Assembly (NCBI GenBank): GCA_045837725.1
Contig: JBEWZL010000233.1
Coordinates: 62,001 to 98,149 of the forward strand
Reading direction: 5' to 3'
Origin: Vermamoeba vermiformis
Lineage: Eukaryota
Length of the DNA stretch: 36,149 bases
Position 1 is the stretch's first letter; each line of letters opens with the position of its first letter. Under the pieces are notes generated by a model. That model was not told the origin of the DNA. It ran no database searches and was given only the letters and a program-made list of their open reading frames with translations. Of the stretch, positions 1 to 10,361 are shown one piece after another. The position numbers were made by a program, and so were the translations under genes.

Positions 1-712
1 AGCTGATAGGTTGGTTGGGCACTTGAGCAAGATCTGGGCAAAGTTAATATTGCGAATTGAATCAAGTTACGACACACTGAATCAATAATAGAAATATTCG
101 CGAACACATATTTCGCGGCACTTACAGACTGAAACTGCGGGGCTGTTGCGGCACACGTACTCAACAATGTTGTACACGGTGGTGGGGAGAGGATCCGTGT
201 TATCGCCACCGTCAACGTAAAGGAAGGCAGTATTGTATTCGACCTATTGAGTATAAAGAGAATGTTAATTAGGACCACGTGCGGAAGTTAATCGCGATTA
301 TTTACTCACATTGTTAGGAACACAAACTGTCAAGATATGAGACCAAACATGTTGAGATGAGTCGGCAGGAGTCAACCAGTATTGGGAGGTCATGTTCAAC
401 AACTAAAACAACAGATCGCGTTAGATTGCGGTGACATGACACGTCAAACTTTTCAACTAGAAATTATTTGATACTGCGTAAGAACAGGAGAGGCAACAAT
501 AATTTGATGCTCGATTGGAGTTAAATATGCGTTGAAGTAGTACTTACAAAGGCGGTGTAAACGTCACCCTGGATGGTGCCAACTTGTTCCCAGTCAAAGG
601 CGTCGTCGTCGGTGTAGACGTACTTCTCGATGGGAGTCTTTCTGCGACCAGCAAAGCTGCCGAGAACGAGTAAGGCACAGATGGTAAAGACAAAGAGAGT
701 CTTTGGGGACAT
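1..712 (-). CDS. PqaA / autocrine proliferation repressor AprA-like secreted protein (5' part; runs off the window start)
   Basis: Spliced translation: signal peptide MSPKTLFVFTICALLVLGSFA, then TPIEKYVYTDD, LLNMTSQYWLT..VWSHILTVCVP, AFLYVDGGDN, LAQVPNQPIS. These match PqaA-family motifs as I recall them (MTSQxW, WxH, GGxN, VPNQP). Donor GTAAGT at 547; further GT-AG introns downstream. Confidence 0.8.
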
Positions 713-1461
713 TGTTTCAATAAGTCAGGTGGTGTGGGTGGAAGGAACTTATTGAAAAATAAGGATCAGTTGTGGTGTTTTAAGGGAATTTTGGGATTGA
801 GAGTAGAAAAGCGCAGTCATTTCGCTTTTATTTTTTTAGCGGTTCACACAAGATACTGTGACATCTGGCTCACATAATTTCGTCGGCTGAACACTCGACT
901 GCAAGACTAATCCTCGCGCATGTGTACTATGTATAGTTATATATCGTACTTTATATTTTCGTTTGTTTCCGCTTTCCGCTTCGATTTGGAAGTTAAATTT
1001 TTGCCAACTTCCCGTCGGTACCGAATAAAATTTATTCGCGCGGAAAATCTTTCGGTAATTTCGTAAGATAAAGAGCTTGTGTAATATGCAGTACCCTGTG
1101 CTATTATGACAAATGCAACCAATAGGTCTAACGCTTGCCTTTCACGAAACTGCAGAAACAGAAGTATTAACGATCAAATTGTGTAAAAACGAATTCGCAG
1201 ATCAAAGCCACCACTTGCAGTATGAATATATATAACACGCGAGAAGTGAGTCCCGCTGTCATGTGTCACTGGCTGATTTAACATCTCGAAACAATTTCTT
1301 GCGAATTGCAATCAAATGTGCACCGACCTTCTATATATAGTCCGACACACATTGATGCACGTGTTTTAATGATAATATTAATAAGTTATCTCGCAAAGCG
1401 GAGCACGAGAATTACGCCGCGACGTTAATGATTGAACCATGCTCGCTTACCAAGTTTGCCC

Positions 1462-3403
1462 CTAATTGGCCAGTATTTTCAATAACATCTGCTCGATAGA
1501 GGTGCTTGATTCGTCTTCGGACAATAACATGAAGGATCCAAGGCAAGTCCTACCGCCATATTAACAATCTTGTTTGCTATTAACTGATTCATACCTATAG
1601 ACGTTGTATTTTAGCACCTTGCTGCCCTTTTCATTTTCTAGATTGCACACGAGCATGTCGTCTTCAGATCGGGTCCAATGTCCTTCGTAATTAGTCGCCT
1701 CGTAGTCCCAATTTTCTGAAATGTATTTGAGTGTAAATGCATGCGTAATGACAACTTACTTCTAAATACCGCCGTGCCATCGAGCTCTAATTCGAGTGTC
1801 AAGTGGTTAAAGCCAGTGTGAGTCGAGTAAAATGTTTTTCCCGCGAGGTCCCTAGCCCAATTAATGCGCGTTAGTCATTGTCTATTTGTGCGTGTAACTA
1901 CTCACCACTCTACGACAGGTGCGCTGAATGGATTGTAATTGCCTTTCGCAACGGCATTGAAAACAGGCTCGATTTGCAGGCACCAAGGCAGCTCTCGCAT
2001 CACTGTCACATCGTGTTCCGTGAACTGCGCGCCGTGTGCTAACAAACAATCTATCACACAACGAGATTGCCTGATGTCCTGCACAGAGATCATGCACGCA
2101 ATGGCGAGGGGCGAGTCCAGTGCTATATTGCGGCTCTTGCACAGCGCAGGATTGAGTGGCGCATTGACGTCTAGGTGCTGGTGAGATATATGCCGCAATG
2201 CATGAGAATAATTGTGTCGCTACCTGCTCCTCGTGCCAGCAGCTGAATCAAGAACTCTAATTTGCGGCCATCTTTGTTGCTGACCAGTGCTGCAATGTAG
2301 CCAGCGTGCGGCACTAGTGGCGTGTGTTCTGCGAGCACTGTGAACACGTCGTAGTTGCATGTGTAGCAACAAAGCTCGAGAGGGGCTAACTAGAGGCATT
2401 GTATTAGCAAGGCGGTGCATTCTGGACTGCATTGTACCTTGTAGGCGAGTGTTTCAGCGCTGGGAAAGTGACTGGTTAAGTCCAGCGGATAATTGTTCTG
2501 CAGTTGTAATAGCGCGGACAATGCTCTGTCTCGACGGCCCTAGTGTGTCGATCAGTCAGTGTGTGCACATTATGCACGGTTGTGACGTACGATAGACCTG
2601 AATACAGGGCCCCAGACATTCGAGAGAAACAGACGCAGCATGATAGCACTGTATTTAGATATGTAATGCATCACACGCCGAAACACTCTCGAGTCCAATA
2701 GCTCCTCGTGATCTTCAAAGCCGTGCCCATCATTCCAGTAGATGGCTAGCAGATTCCACAATATGCCGTGAAAGTCGTTGTCTTTTCTCAACTTGTCGTC
2801 GCTGTAGTCGGCAAAGAAGGACATGAAATAATCCACAATGGCGTCTGCGTTGTATTTCTTAATTAGATCAAAGTCTGGGTTTGCGCGGCCTGGTGTGCGA
2901 CACATGCCAGCTATGCGGCGGACAGATGGTGTTTGCCCAAGCACTCGCCAGTATGCGGTCACATAGTGCACTGAATTAAAGCAAATAGACCTCTAACTAG
3001 ATATTAGATTCAATCAATACGAACGTGAAACTTTACGTGTTTCAAAGTGGGCGGATACCAACTGGACAGTTCGTTTATTCTTCGACTATCTCTATTTTGT
3101 TGTGTCCTAATTACTGTAGCATTAGATTAACGATTGAGCACAGCGCACTTACTGTTGGAGAAGGGAGAAATAGATTTTTACTTCTGCATCCAAGTCCAAT
3201 AAACAATAAAGCTGTTTACACGTCAATCGTGTTGAAAATATTGAAAATAAATCAACATTTAACACTATAATATTCAATAATTCATTTGGAAGGAACAATA
3301 ATTTTGACCAAGGCTGATCTTCGGCCACAAGCGTGACGAGCTCCAATCGAGTTGCAGGATTGAATTCCCGAAAGTGTTGGGTAATTCTATTATTACGTGC
3401 CAT
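1462..3403 (-). CDS. F-box plus ankyrin-repeat protein, multi-exon
   Basis: N-terminal LLFLPNELLNIIVLNVDLFSIFSTRLTCKQL is F-box-like. Spliced downstream exons give PLELCC..., LLARGA|DVNAP, SPLAIAC...LLAHGA (ankyrin-like). Last exons join in frame to TAG at 1464-1462. Confidence 0.6.
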
Positions 3404-3570
3404 TAAAAGTGTCGGGATAGCTTTGAAGACAGGTTTTGAATCGAAATAAGCGTTGCCCTTTCTGAAATACTTCCAATCACATCAAAGTGACGCAGTAAGA
3501 CATTGCTAATTTCGTTGATGCCATATTAGAAGTTTGTGCAGTGGTTGAGTTAATTTAATTTCGCAGGTAT

Positions 3571-4557
3571 TTACAATTTAGCTTTCAATGGCACTTCCGC
3601 GCTTGTTTCGTCAAATAACTCCCAAGGTAGCTCTAGTAGCTCCAGTATAGGCTTGCTATCCATTTCGTCTATCATGAGTTGCAGATCTACCTCGGTCGTT
3701 AAGCTAGCTTCCGGTTTCCAGTATTTGACGCAACTGAGCCAGAAATCCGTTATAAAAGACTTGACTACAGCAGACGGCACGTAGTACTTGTGTACTTTTC
3801 CATTTGGTTGTCGAACAGGTCGTTGTGCGTACTTGAATTGTTGCAGCACTGGATCCGTGCGGGCTAACTGTTCAAATTGCTCATGGTTAATCATATGCGG
3901 CGAAGATAGACGTATGCCAAGCCACAAACAATTGGTGGACTTCGATTCAGGGGAGAGCGGTGGTTGAACGTAACGCATGTTGATCGCTCTGAAGCCGAGG
4001 TTGTACAAGATGCGATGTCTGTCGCGCGGGTCCATAACATCCAGATCGTGACTGACCGAGGCCTTGTTAGTCTCTAAGTAAAATCCATCTACTTTCTTCT
4101 TGTTGCGCAGTCGCTGCGCGTCCTGATCGGCCATGAATTCAGCCTGGTTGGCCAGCAGTTTCGACACTTTTTTGCCGCGCGTGCGTTCATTCAAGCAAAA
4201 GTACGACAGCAGCACGCTATTGGATGCGATCATATATTCAAAGCAACAGCCGCCAACCATCGGACCTAACGGGCCAAATCCACACCAATTACTGATGGCA
4301 GTGTTGCTTTTGTGCGACGTTGATCGTTGCGGCAGATTTTCAAAGACAACGACGAGATGAGCAACGATATTAGAAGGGTTCTCTTCTTGCAACGCCTCCA
4401 CCCAAACATCGATCGGATCCAATTCATCGGGAATAATACCAAAGTTGGGCATTAAGAAATCATTGTAGAATTTTTTTAGTATGTCTTCGTCGTAATGGTA
4501 TCTTAAATCCACAAATGTGAAGCCATTAACGGTGGTGACTGACTGATCTTGATGCAT
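3571..4557 (-). CDS. GNAT-family N-acetyltransferase-like protein, intronless, 328 aa
   Basis: VGGCCFEY...LLSYFCLNERTRGKKVSKLL (acetyl-CoA motif A-like), FYLE, RILYNLGFR..MRYVQPPL (motif B-like). Confidence 0.7.
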   Translation of the reverse strand: MHQDQSVTTVNGFTFVDLRYHYDEDILKKFYNDFLMPNFGIIPDELDPIDVWVEALQEENPSNIVAHLVVVFENLPQRSTSHKSNTAISNWCGFGPLGPMVGGCCFEYMIASNSVLLSYFCLNERTRGKKVSKLLANQAEFMADQDAQRLRNKKKVDGFYLETNKASVSHDLDVMDPRDRHRILYNLGFRAINMRYVQPPLSPESKSTNCLWLGIRLSSPHMINHEQFEQLARTDPVLQQFKYAQRPVRQPNGKVHKYYVPSAVVKSFITDFWLSCVKYWKPEASLTTEVDLQLMIDEMDSKPILELLELPWELFDETSAEVPLKAKL

Positions 4558-5018
4558 TGCGTGCGATTATTAATAGGATTACCTTAGATAAAATAAATTT
4601 AGTCCATAAAATAATATTGCGATCGGTATCGTTAAACTGTATTTTAACTGATCCGATCTGGATGCAAAATGGTTATCCTGCAAACTAGTTGAGCCGTTAA
4701 CTGTAATTGTTTGCAGCATAATAATATTTTTGGTATGCGCTTACTTGATAAATAGTGCATCCGGTGGCCAAACAAAACAAAACGAGCTCGGAGATCGGGG
4801 TTCTATCTATTGAACACGGTGCCTTCTTCGCTTAGAACTCACGCAAGCAAATATGTTGTGCTGTGGTTGTGGTCTTGGGACCTCCCGTTCGTTCGTTAAA
4901 TGAACAAAGTTGGGAATCATCTACCAGGGCGCATGCTTATTTTTCTTCTAACGCCGGCTTTCATTCAGCTGAAGTGCAGTTGTGTAAACCACGCCTTGTT
5001 AGTGTCTGAATATCGACC

Positions 5019-8000
5019 ATGGCTGAGAAGGAACTTAAACCGGATTTCAAAGCTGAATATGCCAAGTCCAACCGCTCTTCGGTAACTCACCTACTTCTAC
5101 CCTAATACCTTTTCTAAATTAAATTAATTAATTTAATTTACCCCAATAATAGTGCAAGGGCTGCAGCGATAAATTGGAGAAGGATCTGGTGCGTATTGGA
5201 AAGTTGGAGCGAGCAAGCAACTTCGACGGTGAAATTTACGTTTGGTTCCATCCTCGTAAGTATATTTGATGTGCAGTCGTTATGCTATTGCGTGCAAGCG
5301 AATTGGTGACACCACCCTTTTTTTCCTGAAATTGGCAGCGATATTTTTTTTTTAATTCACGGTTAATTCTAGGTTGTTTCTTCAACAAACACGGCGGCTT
5401 GGTCAAGGATGTAAATGACATCAAGGGCTTAACTGACTTGCGTTGGGATGATCAACAAACTTTGAAGAAGTTCGTCGGTGGAGATGCAGAGGACGAAGAT
5501 GAAGACATGGACGACGACAACATCGAGGGTGTAGTCGTAGAGTATGCCAAGAGCGGTCGCGCTAAGGTAATATACTGATTTTTTTTGACGTCCCATCCGC
5601 TTCTTCGTTTTTTCTCGCCAACCTGACTGATTGTGAATTCATTTCCAGTGCAAGTCGTGCTACCAAGCCATTGCCAACAAAGAGCTGCGTGTTGGTGAAC
5701 AATATCGCGACGAAGATATGGGCTATTCAGGCACCAACTGGTACCACTTGAAGTGTTTCACGGTACCCGACTCCATCGAATCCGTCAAGGACTTGGACGG
5801 CTATTCGAAACTTAAGCCTGCTGATAAGAAGCTCGTTGAGGCTCACTTCACTGCTGCGTTCAAAACTAATTCGAAGAAGCGAAAGGAGCGCGAGGACGAT
5901 GTTGAAGAGCGCGTAAGTATTTGATCAGCAGCTTGGGGACTAGATATTGACTGGTTATTGACAGGCTGCCAAAAGACAAAAGACCGATGATGCTGAGCGA
6001 CAACGTGTGGAGCAGTTGTGGAAGATCAAGGACAAGCTCAAGAAGAAGTATAACACTAACGAACTCAAGGCCATTTTGAAGTACGCGCGCTGACATTCAC
6101 GCTATATTCTTGACGACACTTACCAATTTTGATTAGGTTCAACGATCAATCTTATCACGGTGGTCCCCAGGAGTTGATCGATCGTGCGGCCGACGGTGAG
6201 CTGTAAGTTAACAAAGAAAGGCATAATTAATTAGATGGATTCAATGCCTAACCACACTTCAGCAACGGAGCCTTGCCCTTGTGTTCGGAGTGCAAGAAAG
6301 GTCATTTGTATTTGGACGCCGGTCAGATCAAATGTCACGGCTATTTGTCTGCCTGGTCCAAGTGCACTTTCACTTGCCCACCCGCTGACATTAAAGAGCG
6401 CGCCAAGTGGAAGTATCCCAGCGACGATGAGATGGATGAACTCATCGAGAAGATCAAAGAGGACAAGAACAAAGACAAGGCTCCTGGTGTCACCATTTCG
6501 GTAATTGATTCATTCTGTCCTTGCTCCACGGCTGTGATACTAATCAATCACTTATTAGCATCCCGAGCTGTTCAATGACTTGTTGTTCGCCTTCGTGGGT
6601 GATGTGGCCAACAAAGACACGCTCACGGAGTCAATCACCCAGCGCGGTGGTCAAGTGAATGCCAATGTGGTCAAGAAGGTCACGCACGTTGTTTCCACCT
6701 ACGACGAAGTGTCCAAGGCCAAGCAGACTACTAAGATTGCTAATGCCGTCAAGTGGGACATTCCCATTCTGTCCTCTGGTTTCATTAACAAGTCAGTCGA
6801 GGACGGCAATCTTAATTCCTTGGAAGACTTCAAGTTGTGGAAGGACGGCAAGGCAGTGCAAGTTGATGACAAGTATCAAGCTGCCGCTGCAAACAACAAT
6901 GGCCCTAAACAACGCAAAAAGCTCGCTATTCCTCCAGTCGACGAGAAATGCTCGCTCACTGGCGTAAGTGCCTCACCACCAACTATTACGATCGCTTACC
7001 CAGTCATTTAGGGTCAAATCCTCGTTGAGGGAACCGATGTCTATGCGACCATGTTGAACATGACTGATTTGACGCAAGGTCAATCGGGTCGCAACAGCTT
7101 CTACTTGATGATGATCGTCACCAATGCCAAGAAGAACAAATTCGTTCTCTTCCGCAAGTGGGGTCGTGTCGGTCAAGAAGATGCACCTACCACTGAAGGT
7201 GAATACACTAAGAGCGATGCCATCGCTGAATTCGAACGCATTTTCTACGAGAAGACGAAGAACACGTGGGACCAGTTCTTGGAGGACACTTACGAGAAGA
7301 AGCCAGGCAAGTTCTTCCCCATCGAACTCGGTGGCGATGAAGAGGAGGAAGTCGATGACGCCAAGCTCAAGCGTGCCAAAGAGATTTTGCAGGCTGGTAC
7401 TACCTGCAAATTGGACCAACGTGTGCAAGACCTCGTCAAGCTGTTGTTCGACACAAACATGTTCAAAGAGCAGATGAAAGAAATGAAAATCGACGTCAAG
7501 AAAGTACGTAATAATATTCATATGTACATGCAGTCCGGCGACTAACATGATATTGTCTGTTAGATGCCTCTCGGTAAGTTGAGCAAGACCCAACTTGCAA
7601 AGGGTGTTGCCGTGCTCGAAGAAATCGAACAAGAGTTGGCCAAAGACAAGCCTAGTGCTGCTTTCTTGCTCGATGCTAGCAACAGGTACGTAGTGCCACG
7701 CAATTATTACGAATGAATGAATCGCTAATCTCCTTAGATTTTACACGATTGTGCCCCACGACTTTGGTTTCGAGAAGCCAATACCAATCGACAACAAAGA
7801 ATTCTTGCAAAAGAAATTCGATCTCATTGAAGTAAGTACTCAAATGCAATACTATTATTCGATACTAACTACTTGCACTAGATTTTGGGCGATATCGAAG
7901 TGGCAGCACGTATGTTGGAAGCTGAGGGCAAGATGGGCACAGATCCGATCACCGAGCAGTACAACCAACTCAAGAACGAAATCCACCCCGTGGAGAAAGA

Positions 8001-8794
8001 CAGCGAGGAGTGGAAGCGCATTCAGACCTTCTGGGACAACACGCGCGAGAACAAGAACATCACCATCGAAGAGATCTACACCGTCAATCGTCAAGGCGAG
8101 CGTGAACTCTTCACGCAACACAACAAACTCGACACGCGCAAGTTGTTGTGGCACGGTAGTAAGGTCGCCGTATTCGCTGCGTAAGTTGGATCTGGCCTCT
8201 TTTGCTCCAAACTTGCCGTCTCACTATGATTATTTCATTAGCATTCTGAGCGGAGGTTTGAAGATTATGCCTCACGCTGGTGGTCGTGTCGGTCGTGGTT
8301 TGTACTTTGCGGACATGATCTCCAAGTCCGAGCAGTACCTCGGTCTGCACGGTGACATTGTAAGTGGCTTTTGCGCCCCTAATTGTACTTGGTGTATACT
8401 CATTGCTCTATTTGCGTAGGGTCTCGTCTTGTTGAATGAAGTCGCACTCGGCAAGATTCATCGCATTCAACACGATCGCCCTGATTTGGTCAAGGCTCCT
8501 GGCGCTACTAGTGCTGTCTTGGCCGAGGGTTCAATTCATCCAGATCCCAAGTTCGATTATGAAGAGTAAGTAGTATAGTAGTCATCTTGTAGCTCTGATC
8601 AGTATAATAATTTCATGTCCAGCAAAACCCTCTCCCCGAGCGAGTATCCAGTGCTCATTCCTCAGGGCAAGGTTGTCAACAGTGGTGTGCGCGGCAGTTT
8701 CATGCACAATGAATTTTTGGTGTACGATCAGACCCAAGCTTCAATGCGCTACCTTATCAAGCTCAGAAACAAGGGTCGCGCTGGCTGGTGGTAA
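5019..8794 (+). CDS. Poly/mono(ADP-ribose) polymerase: two PARP zinc fingers, PADR1, BRCT, WGR, regulatory and catalytic domains
   Basis: EYAKSNRSS|CKGC...WFHP|CF; EYAKSGRAK|CKSC...WYHLKC; GALPLCSEC..CHGYLSAWSKC; BRCT (GGQV..VTHVV); FRKWGRVG; MPLGKLSK; FYTIVPHDFG; LLWHGS, GLYFAD, NEFLVYD (H-Y-E triad). Many GT-AG introns; stop TAA 8792-8794. Confidence 0.95.
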
Positions 8795-9079
8795 ATATTT
8801 AAGTTTTACAGGTTACATAAATTTGCCTTATGTGGGCATTTTAATTTAGTTGACGTCAGTTACTTTAAGCAGACTTTGTTTTTGCGACGTCCGTGATATG
8901 TTGGACCAGCATCAATTCGTGGGTAGCTGCCGCAACGCTAAAGAGATTCTGCCCGCAACGACTCAAAATTCTAAATTTGCCCAAGGTCGGGCGGGCAAAA
9001 CCATGTTGGGCGAATCTTTTGCAAATATTTCTCTACTCGAATCAGCGCAATCGAGCATTAGCTTATTATTAGTGACAAC

Positions 9080-10269
9080 ATGAAGAATCCCCTGTTTGTA
9101 TTATTGATGGTGATACTGAGCACCACGTTTGCTGCAGTATATTACGTCGATCAAGAACAAGGAAACGACCTATCAGATGGAACCAGCGTTGCTACTGCTT
9201 GGAAAACCTTACCTGGCGATCCCGCAGTGGATTTGACCTCCGAACCCGGAAAGCGATTTACCACCGGATATACAGCTGGCGACAGATTTTATCTCAAAAG
9301 AGGCTCAATTTACTATGGAAACTGGTTGTTTAACAACAATTGGAGCGGAACAGTTGATGCTCCTTTATTTATTGGATCAGCTCCGGCAGACATCGACTTT
9401 GGTCCTCCAAATACCAAAGCTATTATGGATGGATCTATTGCCATTACTGGTTGGGTGCCTATCGATCAATCTGAAGCATCAGAGAACAGCAATTGGGCTC
9501 ATTTCGTGAAGTTCACTTTGAACCAAGATTACGATCCGGCCGTTCACCTCTACTGCGACAGTCAAATGATGTATGGTTCTCAAGCCAAGCCAACGGAAGA
9601 TATGTTCGATTTTGAAAGAATAGATTTCTCCGCATTCGATATCGACCCTGCATATGGAACGTTTTGGGAGTTTACGACAGGCAATTACTCGGCTGGTGGA
9701 GTCGTTCGTTTTGTGGATGATAGAATCAACAATCTTACAACAACCAGCCTTATCAATACCTATGCTAATATGCGAGTCTTTGGCAATTTATACCGAACTT
9801 TCCTGATCATAGACGATAAAATTGTCAACGGCAAACGATCATTATTCTTGCAATGGCCAGCTGGTGTCAACCCGCCGGTAGATGTTGGACTTAGCTATTT
9901 TAGATGGACTCTCTCTCATCATCCCACTTTCATGGATCGTCCTGGAACTTTTTCAGTGAAACCTGACGGAAGAACTTTAATTGCATGGTTTCCGTGTCCA
10001 GTAGCAAACGCTAGAATTACCAGCTTACTCTCTGGAATCGACATGCGTGGAGCTGACAACGTGGTCATCGACAGTGTCATACTGCGCGTCTGCCAGTGCC
10101 AACTCCTGAAGCAATCCCTACTGCTATCGGCGTTCCAAACTCTCCAACAGCCCCCAACGCAATCCCAAGTTCATCTGCCCCTCAAGAGAATGTGACTTCG
10201 GGAACGGACAAAACTGTTGCAAGAAAGTTTGCGTACTTTGTAATAGCATTCTTCCTGTATTTCGTTTAA
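9080..10269 (+). CDS. Secreted right-handed beta-helix (pectin-lyase-fold-like) protein; C-terminal region frameshifted or deleted, possible pseudogene
   Basis: Signal peptide, YYVDQEQGNDLSDGTSVATAWKTL, GDRFYLKRGSIY and GIDMRGADNVVIDSVILR, typical of bacterial-type beta-helix proteins. Main ORF stops at 10195; a P/S/T-rich linker plus hydrophobic tail lies in another frame ending TAA 10267-10269. Confidence 0.65.
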
Positions 10270-10361
10270 TGCCAACTTCATTAATGATTCAATAAACTTC
10301 TAATAATGTTTAGAACTACAAATCAGAATTTATTTTAAACTAACTCCGTAACTTGACGGTG

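Noticed and set aside
713-1461. Short ORF 937-1122 and surrounding intergenic DNA
   Set aside because: No ATG start, motif or consistent splice pattern; I could not fold a tRNA or other known RNA here.
6973-7632. 219-aa antisense ORF (also 22941-23603, 32952-33584, 35085-35600 and similar)
   Set aside because: Shadow frames of well-supported genes on the opposite strand; codon bias suppresses antisense stops and they carry no motifs.
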